Of a stretch of 64,000 nucleotides of DNA, positions 38,187 through 50,879 are shown piece by piece (the stretch's first letter is position 1; each line of letters opens with the position of its first letter). The notes below the pieces were generated by a model that was not told the DNA's origin, ran no database searches, and saw only the letters and a list, made by a program, of their open reading frames with translations. The stretch is from NCBI RefSeq assembly GCF_006345805.1, contig NC_043001.1, positions 103,912,001-103,976,000 of the forward strand, written 5' to 3'. The translations under genes were made by a program, and so were the position numbers. The DNA is from Octopus sinensis (Eukaryota).

Positions 38187-39451
38187 CGAGGGGCGTTCAA
38201 TAACTAATGCCCCTGACCCACTTCCCATAGAAGTAGAGCAACGAAACTTGGCACAGTTATTAGTCTTTTTCTACATAGTTACGCATTTCTCCCATCGTTT
38301 GATGCGGCTCTGGAGACGGTTTTTGTAGAAGAACCCAGCTTGGTCCTCCAACCTCAACGTGACTTCAGAAATCAAGACTGCATCATCTGGGAAACGCTTT
38401 CCTTTCAAAAACAACTTCATGATTGGGAAGAGGTGAAAATCAGAGGGTACAAGGTCAGGAAAGTAGGGGGATGGGGAGGAGTTCATAGCCATACGCCTGT
38501 GCTTCTGATCTGGCGACAAGCGAGTTGTGGACCGGAGCGTTGTCCTGCAGCAGGAGGATGCCTTTGCTGATCTTGCCCCGCCTCTTGATTTTGATAACTT
38601 CTCTTAATTTCCTCAAAAGTGAAGCATAATAGGCTCCTGCAATTGTGGTACCCTTTGCCAGGAAATCTGTCATCACTACACCGTCCTGGTCCCAGAAGAC
38701 TGTGAGCATGACCTTGCCAGCGGAGGGCTGCACCCTTGCCTTCTTTGGAGGGGGTGAGTCACGGTGCTTCCACTGCATTGACTGGGCTTTGGTCTCTGGA
38801 TCAGCGTGATGGACCCAGGTTTCATCCTGTGTAATCAGTCTTTTGAAAAATTTTGACTCATCTTCTTGGCACATCTCCAAATTCACCCTCGAGCACTCGA
38901 CGCGTTCTTGCTTCTGGAAAGGCGTGAGCAACTTGGGAATCCATCTGGCAGACACCTTTTGCATATGCAAATGGTCATGAATGATAGTTTCCACAGACCC
39001 GGTACTAATCTTGACCTCATGGGCTATTTGGCGAATAATTATGCGTCGATCTTCCAAAATGGCAGCCTCAACTTGACGGACAGATGCCTCATCAATGGCA
39101 GAAGGGGGCGACCAGATCTGGGAGCTGTTTCCACATGTTTGAATTCACAATGCCAGCGTTTTACAAGGTCATATGATGGGGCATAATCACCATAAGTTAC
39201 TTTCATTTCATCAAAAGTCTCCCGTGGTGTGCGTCCTTTCAAATACAAAAACCGGATCACTGCTCGACACTCAACAGGCTCCATTTCACACTTGACTCGG
39301 TTCAAACACCTGTAAATCAGAAGCCACAATTAATTCAGAGCTGTAATTTGCCACTTATTCTATAGAGCTATAAATGATTGCACATGCAAAATTTCAGCTA
39401 GATCAAACCACGGCAAGTGGGTCAGAGGCATTACTTATTGAACGTCCCTCG
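38187..39451 (-). mobile_element. Mariner DNA transposon (DD34D, irritans-like), 1265 bp, frameshifted transposase
   Basis: 35-bp TIRs CGAGGGGCGTTCAATAACTAATGCCCCTGACCCAC with 3 mismatches, TA on both sides. Transposase in three ORFs (39329-39039, 39057-38455, 38519-38271): MEPVECRAVIRFLYLKG, RSGRP, WIPKLLT, ITQDETW, SAGKVMLTVFWD, QDNAP...YFPDLVPSD (34 residues between D2 and D3 after frame repair). Confidence 0.95.
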
Positions 39452-39807
39452 TATATAATTGTTAGCAATACATTCCTGTAATGGAGTACCCTTCAAAACA
39501 GATCTTTGGACAATATCTTATTGATACCTTATGAAGTTTGAAGAGAATACTTTCTTTCCGATGACAACTGTTTATACTGCATTTGGACGCGATTTATTAC
39601 CTGACAATATAGTTATTAATGTAATCATAGTAATTTCTAGGCTTTAAATACATATATAGGAAATACACTGTGTATTTGATGTTTTGAAATCGGAGTCATT
39701 TACTATGCATTCGCGCAAATTGTTACACTTACATGTATGTATGATTGTTTGTGTGTATACACGTTTGCGTGTTTGTATCTATATGTACTTATGCATATGT
39801 GTATATG

Positions 39808-39880
<73 letters not shown>

Positions 39881-40038
39881 ATATTATATATATATATATA
39901 TATTATATATATATATATACATACATATATATGTATATGATTATTTCTTCATCTTCAGAGATGATAGCTGTCCCATCAACTCACACACCACACCCCATCA
40001 CACAGCACAATCACTCCGTTGATGAGCCCTAAGATGAC

Positions 40039-40079
<41 letters not shown>

Positions 40080-40081
40080 AT

Positions 40082-40280
40082 CGGTTTATTGGATTATCTT
40101 AGGTTTCCAATCCGTAAAGGTTTTAACTTTATGGCGTATCGTCAGGTCCCAAAACCTGTTAGCCCAACGCCAATTACAAATAATTTTTAAGAGGCAGGGG
40201 CCAACAGGCTTTGGTTTCTGACGATACGCCATAAAGCTAGACCCTTTATATATGGGAAACATAAGGTAATCCCATAACCG
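40082..40280. mobile_element. Fold-back element with a degenerate hammerhead in each arm
   Basis: CTTTATGGCGTATCGTCAGG is mirrored by TCTGACGATACGCCATAAAG. Both arms read CTGACGA...ATAAAG-loop-CTTTA...GAAAC(C/A)TAAG(A/G)TA. Confidence 0.7.
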
Positions 40281-40352
40281 GCCTTCCCCAATTTTAATAT
40301 AAACTGCTCTACATCGTAGAGTGTGCTTCTTTCGGCTTAATGTTTTTACAGG

Positions 40353-40398
<46 letters not shown>

Positions 40399-40705
40399 AT
40401 ATATATATATACACAATAAAAAGAAGAAAACAAAGAAAATTCTTTAGCACACCTTGAATAATAAGCTCCCTCGCAAGGCCGATTCACAACAGACATCTTT
40501 AAAATCCTAACAGTTTGACACCGAAAACCTTCAAGTTATCTACTTAATAAATCTTTTGACTTTAAGTTGTCGCAATCCAATGTCGTACAACGAAATCCAT
40601 GCTTCCACCGAAAGAACCTTCCTTATTCTACAACGTGTTCTCAAATAGAACAAAATATTTCTAGCGTTTTATTTTATTCTTGCATATTTACACTGACAGA
40701 CAAAC

Positions 40706-40738
<33 letters not shown>

Positions 40739-41719
40739 GCCACATACACAAACATGCATACACAAACAACCACTGAAAAAAAAACGAACGCTTAAACAAG
40801 GACGAACATCACACACACACACACAACACATACACACATACATACAATTACTCACGCACACACGTATACTGAAAAACAACCTGTACAAAAAACACACAAA
40901 AAACATGCACAAACACGCAAACGCATAAACACACGAAATAACACGAAAACACACCCAAAGACAGACACAGACACACAGACACACAGATTCACCCCCACCA
41001 CATAAACACACACACGCACACAGGCACACACACGCACTCACACACAAGTTGTCATTAACGTCATAATGTTGTCAAGTGATCGCTAAATAAACATAAATTC
41101 AATATGGACGTTCGTCATTTCAAAAGTGATTCCATTGTTTTTTTTTACTTCAGTAACATTGACATGTGAACGTGCGCGCGCGCGCGTGTATGTGTTTGTG
41201 CGTGTATATTTTGCGTGCATGCGTGCGTATGTGTATATATATGTATGGCATTATCCAAATACTTCCTTCGCGCCCTCAAAATATTTTCGGATCTTCTACA
41301 CCGAGTTTTACTTGCTGACAACAAAAATCTCATTCATTTTTCATGGAAATTAATAATGAAAAAGTCACAAACCTTCGAACGGATGAAATTTTAGCCAGTC
41401 GGAAGCAGCCATTATCAACATACCGGAAGTTGCATTTGTGTCTGACAAGACAATTGTTCGCCTATTTTCTGAGCATCAACAATAACCCCTTGTCAATTGT
41501 TTCCTGTTTTTATTCTGCTGTTCGAAGCACTGTAGCAAGCAGTGTTCTCATTGTCTTTTATTAAAACACTTTTGCTTTGGGTTTTTTTTCTTACGAAATA
41601 AACGATTCAAGAATGAATTTCGGAAATTTGCAGGATAATACATAAAGTCGTTGACTTATACAGAATATTTTGTCTTTTAGACTAAAGAGTGGGGCTGAAG
41701 AATATGATGTGTTACAGGT

Positions 41720-42300
41720 TATATGCGATGAATATGAAAGACATTCAGGGCAATTTCTTGGTGTTGCAGCAAAAATAAATTCCATGAATTTGTTACTATC
41801 AGGAATGGCAGATTGTTGGAAAGAATTGGTAGTCCGCCACTTAGAACTGTAGCTCTGTATTTTTTTAATTCTTAAGTCAAAGAACTGACCACTATCGTTT
41901 TTTTTTTGGGGGGGGGGGGGGTAGGGATTTTGGTGCTGGAAATTAACAGCAGCACAGCTATTGATTATAATTACATCCGTCAAATATGTGAGGATGACCT
42001 CCTCCATGTTCCATTAAAGTTGGTGATCCTGAAACAGTTGTCGAAATTGACGTAAAAGACGTCCTCAAAATGTAATACAAAAGAGGAAGAATGCAATATG
42101 CTCGGCACGTTTTTGGTGGTGTGTGTTGCAAAATATGGCAGGTATTTCCATGGCTTGTATCTTGTCGCAGTCGTTTCACATTCGGCAACCTTTTCTGCCA
42201 GGAACGAATATAGACAGTGAATCGTGGTGAACACACTTGTACAACGATGAAACACATCTTTGACTTCGTCATTTCGCCAGACGGGACCCTCATGTAACAA
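41720..42300 (+). pseudogene. Merlin (ISXO2/IS1016-like) transposase relic
   Basis: WCCSKNK..VTIRNGRLLE; DYNYIRQIC; KVGDPETVVEID; YKRGR..HVFGGVC; FLPGTNIDSESW. Matches Merlin motifs IGG.G.VVEIDES, YNRGR, WVFGG, PGT.I.SD.W. No TIRs found. Confidence 0.65.
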
Positions 42301-42855
42301 ATGGAAAGTAATTGAGAAAGAAACATCGTGCCGTGGCATTCATCTATCTGCTATCGACTCATATCCCTACGAGTTCATGTAACAAAACATGTTTAAGAAA
42401 CATGACCCCTTTGAAAACCTATGTCAGTGCATTGCACAATATCGTTATCATGAATGTTTTCTTTTATTCGGGAACTTTATATTACTTTTTTCGTTTTTGC
42501 TTCCATCTATAAATGTTATACATTTTATTGTTTTTCGTAGATTTGTTTTGTTTCTTTGCAATGTTATAAATTTTATTTCATTAAATAACTTTTATTATTG
42601 AAAGCATGCAAATATTTCAAGGTTTCCTAATGCTTTCATTTTCTAGATTGTGTATACATAGAAATTGCGACTTCCGGTGTGTCGGAGATAGAGGCTTCGG
42701 ATTGCTTAAATTTTAAACTTGTAAATGCTTGTCACTTTTATTATAAATTTGCACGAAAAAGGAATATAATTTTTGTTGATTGCTTGCAAACTACATCAGA
42801 GTAGAAGATTCTGACTATGTGAAAGGAAACTGTCAAGATCATACGTGTATATGAA

Positions 42856-42974
42856 TGTATGTATGTATGTATGTATGTATGTATGTATGTATGTATGTAT
42901 GTATGTATGTATGTATGTATGTGCAAAAATGTAAACAAAATGTGGGCTATAAATAGACAGATAGACAGACAGAC

Positions 42975-43024
<50 letters not shown>

Positions 43025-43035
43025 GCAGACAAACA
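42856..43035. repeat. (ATGT)n and (AGAT)n/(AGAC)n tetranucleotide microsatellites
   Basis: Read directly from the sequence. Confidence 0.9.
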
Positions 43036-44093
43036 GACGCGTCATTACCTATATACGTATTACTTTTAGGAAATAATATGTTATGTTCAAATAACTGGCA
43101 CTTGCCGCACGATCTTCCATTTTTTTCTCACAAAAATAAAATACGTAACTCTGAACCAGCAAGCTCCAAATCCTACTAAAAATAGTTCTTAAAAGAAGAT
43201 AATTGGTTGAGTCGAATATCACACAAATGATTCCCAATATCTTGTTTTCAACATTAGCACAGTACAACTGACATTCCGTTCCTTTCGCTTAAATTTACGA
43301 TTTTTTTTTTAAATCAATTATTTTGTACTGGTCCTGACCATATCGAAAGAACAAATATTTTGCAAAATATAACCTTTAGCTTGTTCATAATGAAGATTAA
43401 TACCAAAAATAATGATCTTGGTATTTCCTAACTAACCTTTTCCATTTTGTAATTTTTCCCCCATGAATGTTTTTTTGTATTATGTGAGAGTTAAAATAAT
43501 TTTTCTTATCGTTACAACGACGAATAATTTCTCTTCCGACAGCTATTTACGACTCTTTAAGCATTGAGTTGAAATCCAGCTGAGTTGTCTTGTCATTTCA
43601 TCGTTTTGGAGTTCGATTAAATGATATTAAACGTCAGCTGCAGTTAATTCTAATCTACCATCTCATGCTTTATGAGGCCTTCTGCCAAACTTAGGAAACA
43701 TTAATTATGTTACTCTTAACTTAATTTAATGAACGGAGCATTAAAAAGCTGACTAGAAATAATTATGTAGGTGAGGAAAAATAATTAAATATCTTTTAAC
43801 TCTTTAATTAGAAGCCGTATGCTGTCTCCATTACCTTTATTTTTCAGAGCCCCTGGGTCTTCTTGGATGAAGGAATAAAATTTCCTTCAAAGCAGAAATG
43901 TAGCTTGGATGTTTGTTACAGAACGAACATTCCTAAAGCAACCCAACGACACCCGCCTCAATCCACCGGAGACCTCAGTTCTATAAATACAAACTGCATA
44001 TTCTAAAGCAGTGGTTCCCAACTCGGGTCCGCGGACCGCTGTTTGTCCTCAAAGGTAGTACTAGGGGTCCGAGAACTAAATTCAGAAATTCAA

Positions 44094-44141
<48 letters not shown>

Positions 44142-44145
44142 TATA

Positions 44146-44539
44146 TCTTTATATATAAAAGTGAGGTTGTATGCTGTCTGTCTCCTACGATTTAGATTCC
44201 TAACTACTCCCACATTTTGCGGTGCAGTTTAACCAAAACTGGGTATCTTAAGTCGTGATTCATATCGAACCCTTCTGGGTATTAGCGCGCGTTTACGATG
44301 AGTCTACGATGTAAAAAAAAATTACCATCAATTTTTCCCATTTTTAATCCATTTTTGGCATATATAAGGGAAGTAACTCTCTAAAAAATTATTATTAAAT
44401 CTCAGAACGTAAAAAGCTACAGTAACACCCCCCCTTTGTGGTTAGCCATATTGAGATGACTATTATACTTTACATCTCTAAAAATGCTTATATAGTTATT
44501 TCCCTTACAAACCCGAGCAACGCCGGGCGATACTGCTAG
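44146..44539 (+). mobile_element. Non-autonomous Helitron, 394 bp
   Basis: A/TC start (TCTTTATATATAAAAG), 3' hairpin CCCGAGCAACGCCGGG at 44512-44527, CTAG/T end. Confidence 0.85.
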
Positions 44540-44548
44540 TATATATAT

Positions 44549-45359
44549 AAATTTGATATCATTTGAGAAGTGAAAGCAAATGAAACAAAACAGACTTAAT
44601 GTTGAACAACAAAAGATTTACTCCTCCAAATTTGAACAAGAAATTCAAGGGTCTGTGGATTCCATGAACGATCTCACAAATCTTCAATATGCGCACCGCC
44701 TGAGACACGGCACACGCCATGTCGGTAGTCCAGCTCCTCCTAAACACGCTGCAGCATGTCTTGGGTAAAAGTCTCCAGTGCGGTAATGATTCTCTGCTCA
44801 AGTTCCTCTAGGTTTGCAGGAAGAGGGGGGACAAAGACCAGGCCCTTCACATATTCCCCTGTTTGCGCTTTCGCTTGTCATCTGCCGTTATGGTATGAAC
44901 GAGCTGCAGCTTGTAGGTTTCGTTCGTAAGCATTTCCTCAGGACACGCCAAACTATCGTGGGAGGATTCTTGGTTTCCAGACTTGTTCTTCTTATGGACT
45001 TCTTGTGGCGAACCCACTCGACTGTCTCTTCCGATGTTAGTAGTCATCCAGATCCTTTTGCCCTGCATACACAGCCTTCTTCTTTGAATTTTTTGCACCA
45101 TGTCCATATTTGCATTGCCGTTGGTGACTTGTTAGATAACTTTCTCACAAATGCACGCTGCACTGTCTTGTTCGACTGTTTTTGAGCACACTCCAACACA
45201 CAAAACACCTTTTCTCTTCCAGTGAATGCCATTTCTGTACCTGAAACATATCGAGCATTAAACATAAAATTTTGACCTGTTTCTACACATGCTGTTAAAA
45301 ACAAGAACTGGCAAAGTTGTTAGATTGCGAAATGATATCAAACATTACGAAACACCCTG
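44549..45359 (-). mobile_element. Tc1/mariner (DD37D- or DD41D-like) deletion derivative
   Basis: 5' TIR TA-CAGGGTGTTTCGTAATGTTTGATATCATT; the other TIR is truncated (TTTGATATCATTT remains). MAFTGREKVFCVLE..TVQRAF..FKEEGCVCRAKGSG; KKSIRRTS; YKLQLVH; LEELEQRIITA..DMLQRV*EELDYR..CRVSGGAHIEDL*. The catalytic core is deleted. Confidence 0.8.
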
Positions 45360-45361
45360 TA

Positions 45362-45686
45362 CTATGAATATAATATAATATAACAAATCACTAAAAAAAC
45401 CAAAAGAGCCAACAATTTGTTTCGACTTATATACATTATTTGATTTACAAACGAGTCAATCCACTTATATAAGTCTCATCAGAGCTATGGAAGGAGGGGT
45501 GGATATTTTTACGATCCAGCCGTCCTTTCACACGGAAGTTTGTCTCTCTTTAAACCTTAGCTCTGATGAGATTTATATAGGTGAATTGATTTGTTTAGAA
45601 ATCAAATAATGTATATAAGTCGAAACATTGGCTCTTCTGGTTTTTTAGTGATTTGTTAGGTATCTTATATTATATTATATTCATAG
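45362..45686. mobile_element. 325-bp fold-back element (about 125-bp arms, TA flanks) with a hammerhead in each arm
   Basis: CTATGAATATAATATAAT...CTCATCAGAGCTA mirrored by TAGCTCTGATGAG...ATTATATTCATAG. Confidence 0.85.
45407..45486 (-). ncRNA. Type I hammerhead ribozyme motif (GUU site)
   Basis: AGCT / CTGATGA / GACTTATATA...TATATAAGTC / GAA / ACAAATTGT / T / GGCT. Stem II is a perfect 10 bp; stem I is 4 bp with one G-U. Confidence 0.7.
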
Positions 45687-45765
45687 TATATTATGTTATA
45701 TTAAAATATAAATAAATTATTGGATTGTCAATTGTAACTCTCTATTTAATTTATTATATATATAT

Positions 45766-45834
<69 letters not shown>

Positions 45835-47056
45835 ACATAAGGATAAGTATATTGAAAGGGGTCCGTGGGAAAACCCATTTAAATAAAAGGGTTAGGAACC
45901 ATTTTTCTAAAGTATATTTTGCTACTTTATGTTCCAAACACTAGAATAATTTGGACATAATTATTTTACTAAATTTTTATTATTTTCAAAATTCATTGAA
46001 TCAAATGCAATGTATATACTTCAGCAGAATTGTGGTAGCAAAGGGTTTAAAAGGGTTGACGGAAGGAGTCAGTAATGCAAATCTTATAAAGCAAAGATCC
46101 ACAGTAAATACCAGAAGACATCTTGTCTGCTAATCTCATTGCAAAAAGAAAACTGAAAATAATTTCATTCAGTCAATTAATGAGATATTTCAATTCCGGC
46201 AGTAGGGGAGACTAATTTGGATACGTTCCTTTCTTATCGTATCTTACTCTGAGTCTTTTTCATCTCATAAGAGCATCTAATATCTTGTATTAGCATAGAA
46301 ATCGTGTTAGTATTTAATGAATATCAGTATTTAAGAGAATGTCATACAACAAGCCATCAGCCTGTATTATTTACTGAAAATAATTAATGTAGAGGCAGAA
46401 ATGGTCTACGTGCACCTAAGCGAGAGATATTTGGAAACAAAACCTTGTTAGAACGATGTTGATCTTTGTACTGATCTGTTTGTTTCTGTGCATGAAATCT
46501 TCATCGTGCAACCAGTTTTTCATCCATTACTATTCCGTCTTCCTCTCTGGTATAATAGCCATTGTATTCATTCATTTTTAAGAAAGAATTATATATTCAA
46601 TTCAAAATTCTAAAAAAATAATTTTTTTTCTTTAACCAAATAAATCATTCCACTGTGTGAATGATTGAAACTTTTGTTCTGTGGTGATTCTGGCAATGGA
46701 AAACAAACACTGCGTGAGTTTCAATCACAAAGGAACATTGTATTAAAATAGAAACCCATATACCAATTTTTCCAAATAACCTTAACAAAACAATTCACAT
46801 TGAACATATTTGAATACCGCAACAAATGCTTTTTGCTTGCTTTTTGGTTTTTCCAAAAAATAGAAGCAGAAATAAGAAGAATATAATTTTAAAGCATCAT
46901 ATTCGTCTGTTCGTAAGTTTATACATTCAAAACTATATATGTAATCTTTGTAGCAGAAATAAAAATACATGAAAACATTTTTGCCATTGACGATATTGCT
47001 TCAAGAATTCATATTTGTATAATCATATATATTTTCATAGTGAAATACATTCTCTC

Positions 47057-47442
47057 TTTACTCTTTTACTCTTTTACTTGTTTCAGTTATTTGACTGCGG
47101 CCATGCTGGAGCACCGCCTTTAGTCGAGCAAATCGACCCCGGGACTTATTCATTGTAAGCCCAGTACTAATAAGTGACGGGGACGTAAACACACCAGCAT
47201 CGGTTGTCAAGCAATGCTAGGGGAACAAACACAGACACACAAACATATACACACACACTTATATATATATACATATATACGACAGGCTTCTTTCAGTTTC
47301 CGTCTACCAAATCCACTCACAAGGCATTGGTCGGCCCGGGGCTATAGCAGAAGACACTTGCCCAAGATGCCACGCAGTGGGACTGAACCCGGAACCATGT
47401 GGCTGGTTAGCAAGCTACTTACCACACAGCCACTCCTGCGCC
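47057..47442 (-). mobile_element. SINE family A, near full length
   Basis: High-identity reverse complement of 19659-20073, with a small deletion near 47168. Confidence 0.9.
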
Positions 47443-47829
47443 TATTCTTTGTAAAATAATTAAAATATAAAACAAATATTTTTCCAAAATGGTATTACTT
47501 CATTTGTTCCAGTCTTTGCTCTTTGTCCACTTAACCCGTAAGATCCTTCATTCCTTTTCTTGCTTTATAAATATGAACTCATGAGCTCCATAGCCTTTCA
47601 TATCCAACATATGAACCGACGCTTCTACGATTTCCTTACCGACAACAAATGCGCAAAAAATATCGGGTTACCGGTCATCATCCGATCCCTCCCGCTCAGA
47701 TTGTCTGAATATTTTAATGCTGTCTATTGCGTTTTTGTTCCATTTATATATATATATATATGTTGAATCGTTAGCTCCTGCACGCATTTTTTTCTCTCCT
47801 TGTTTCTCTCCTTGTTTCTTTTCTATGTA

Positions 47830-47867
47830 TCTTTCTGTCGAAGAGCGTAGGCTCGAAACGTAAAAGA
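47830..47867 (+). ncRNA. Minimal hammerhead-like motif with non-canonical position 6
   Basis: TCTTT / CTGTCGA / A / GAGC-GTAG-GCTC / GAA / ACGT / A / AAAGA. All three stems pair perfectly, but position 6 is T instead of A. Confidence 0.55.
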
Positions 47868-47963
47868 CTTGTTTTATTTCTATTCCTGAGCGCCATACTA
47901 ATACAATTGTTTGTTTGTACTCCACCTGCCTTCGTCTTTTATTTATTTTCGTAAACCTTCCCG

Positions 47964-47999
<36 letters not shown>

Positions 48000-48457
48000 G
48001 CATGTTTGTATGTATAAAATATATTTGTATGGTATATAAATGTATATAATATAAATGTATGTACATACGTACATATATACTCGTGTCTTGTAGGTGGCAA
48101 TTGATACAGAAAGAAGCACTTATCTTTTCACTGTGTGTGTGAGGGGATTAGAAAATTTAATTTGAAATCAAGGACTACGGAACGGATAGAAAGGGTGCGC
48201 ACATATAACTTGCTTTTTATTTCTGAAGATGTTCGAATAATTCCTAGTTAGACATAAGGATGATAATCGTACTGGACATCATTATCAGGACAATTTCATG
48301 TTTTTTTAAGTATTTGCAATATGACTTAGCTTATTAATATGTTAATTAGATGTATTACGAAGATAGACTCATTACAATAAAATAAAAGTGAAGATAATTA
48401 GAGACTGGAGGAAAATTATAGAATATCTTTTTCTTTCAATTGTGGTCGTATGCTTAG

Positions 48458-48494
<37 letters not shown>

Positions 48495-49272
48495 AGAGAA
48501 AAGAGAGAAAGAAGAGAGAGAGAAGAGAGAGAGAGAAAAGAGAGAAAAGAGAGAAAGAAGAGAGGGAGAAGAGAGAGAGAGAGAAGAGAGTGGGGGAGAA
48601 ACCTCATAGTATTTACGTAGAGTAGTAACAGTTCCTGTACAGTTCTCATCCCCCATATACTTACATACATACATACATACATTTTGCTTCCGTAAGTCAG
48701 CGCTCTTCCACTCCACACCTTTCTCTTCCCAGACACATTCCTTCCCATTATCCTCCGATAATTTCATATTAAGGTCTGTTTCCTTTTGAATTTCTCATTT
48801 TGTTTCTCTCCCTGCTCTCCCTATCTTCGCATTCGTCACCCGACCTCACCTTCACCCCATCTTCCAGTTTTTATTATGTTGTTTCTTGCTACAACATTTT
48901 ATCCCTTCACCCTCTTACATTAATTACTTTCACATCGCCCCTTTCCCTAACTACCTCTAATCCCACCTCTTTATGCCGAATACACTGCTCTTTTCCTCTC
49001 CTTCTTCTCACCTCTACCACTCTTCATTTCACTTTTATCTCTCCCTTTTCTAATTCGAATTTCTATAGTCGTACTATTGGCATTTATATTCTTTCTCACG
49101 AACTACAAATTTACGATTCGTTGAGTTATAAACTTCTCCAGGCAAATCAATTCAAAGTAATTTAATTGTTCCTTCCACGTCTCTTGTGTTATATGTGTAT
49201 TCGTCGTAGCTGGAATATATATGTGGAAAATATTGTGATATACCTGATATATTCATGAGCTGACATATTTCG

Positions 49273-49456
<184 letters not shown>

Positions 49457-49537
49457 AGCCCGCTAGAAAAGATGTTTTCCTGGGGTTAAAAGGGAGCAAC
49501 ATGATCCTACGGAGCACACTGCCACCCTACGTTGGCC

Positions 49538-49613
<76 letters not shown>

Positions 49614-49655
49614 TATATACATACGTATATGTACATACTTACATATATATATCTA

Positions 49656-50059
49656 TTCTTTTAATTGTTTCAGTCATTTGACTGTGGTCATGATGGAGCA
49701 CCGCCTTTAGTCGAGCAAATCGAGCCCAGGATTTATTCTTTGTAAGCCTAGTACTTATTCTATCGGTCTCTTTTGCCGAACCGCTAAGTTACGGGGACGT
49801 AAACACACCAGCATCTTTTGTCAAGCGTTGTTGTGGGGGGGGGGACAAACACAGACACACAAACATATACACGCATACATATATATAAACATACATATAT
49901 ACGACGGGCTTCTTTCAGTTTCCATCTACAAAATCCACTCACAAGGCTTTGGTCTGCCCGAGGCTATAGTAGAAGACATCTGCTCTAGGTGCCACGCAAT
50001 GGGACTGAACCCAGAAGCATGTGGTTCATAAGCAAGCTACTTACCACACAGCCACTCCT
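49656..50059 (-). mobile_element. SINE family A
   Basis: Reverse complement of 19659-20073. Confidence 0.9.
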
Positions 50060-50879
50060 ATTATTATTATATATATATTCTCTTGGGAAAAAACTTTATC
50101 TTTCTTAAGATTACTGCGTATAAAACTGGACACCAGTACAATCATCGTTAAAACCTTGGAGATTATTTGATAATGTAACAAATATGCGATTATGACATCT
50201 CCGTCAGAAATATAGATATTATTCATTTTGACATACATGAAATGTAAGGAGCGTAATGTCTCAGATTTTGGTGAAGAAAATAGAACTTGTTAAGTTCTAT
50301 GTGATTACTTCATTGGTATTTCGAAGAATATAATGCAAAGTTGATCTAGGTGGAATTTGAATTCAGAAAGCAAAACGCTTTTTAAAGTTATTTCTACAAA
50401 TTTTCGATAGAAATTAGAGCTAGCACTGAATGTTACGTGGATTCGTATACGTCTATGCAAACATTGCGATCAACGATGGGAAAATAAGTAATGGGTGTAT
50501 TTGCATATTTCAGGAATTCTTGCTCCTTCCTCAGCACCACATCTACACCATTAACCATTCATATGATAACCAGTGAATTTAGCGATGTACCACAATTCGA
50601 TGGACCAAATTTCTATATAAAACACGTTCCTGGAAATTAGTACATTTATATTAAATGCTAGTAGGGAGATTCTATTTCGTTAAGCTGCCACAATATATTA
50701 CTAAGTATATTAAAGTCTTTATAAGTCAATGCTGTGTACTGCCTGTGTTAGCAGTGCAATTAAGTCGAACATATACAATTAAATCCAAGTAAATTTCCAA
50801 ATACTTTTGGGGTTTTTTTCTTGCGCAGTGTCCAACGCTTCAGTCCATTCATCCCCGTTTTTTACCCAAAAATTATTGA

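Larger units (their letters stand above)
44009..45904. mobile_element. Non-autonomous hAT (Charlie-like) element carrying three nested insertions
   Basis: Left TIR CAGTGGTTCCCAACTC, right end GGGTTAGGAACCATTT (12/16 match), perfect 8-bp TSD TTCTAAAG at 44001-44008 and 45905-45912. Confidence 0.8.

Noticed and set aside
46416-46575. Protein-like minus-strand stretch MNEYNGYYTREEDGIVMDE
   Set aside because: The frame closes after 24 codons and there is no good acceptor or donor site.
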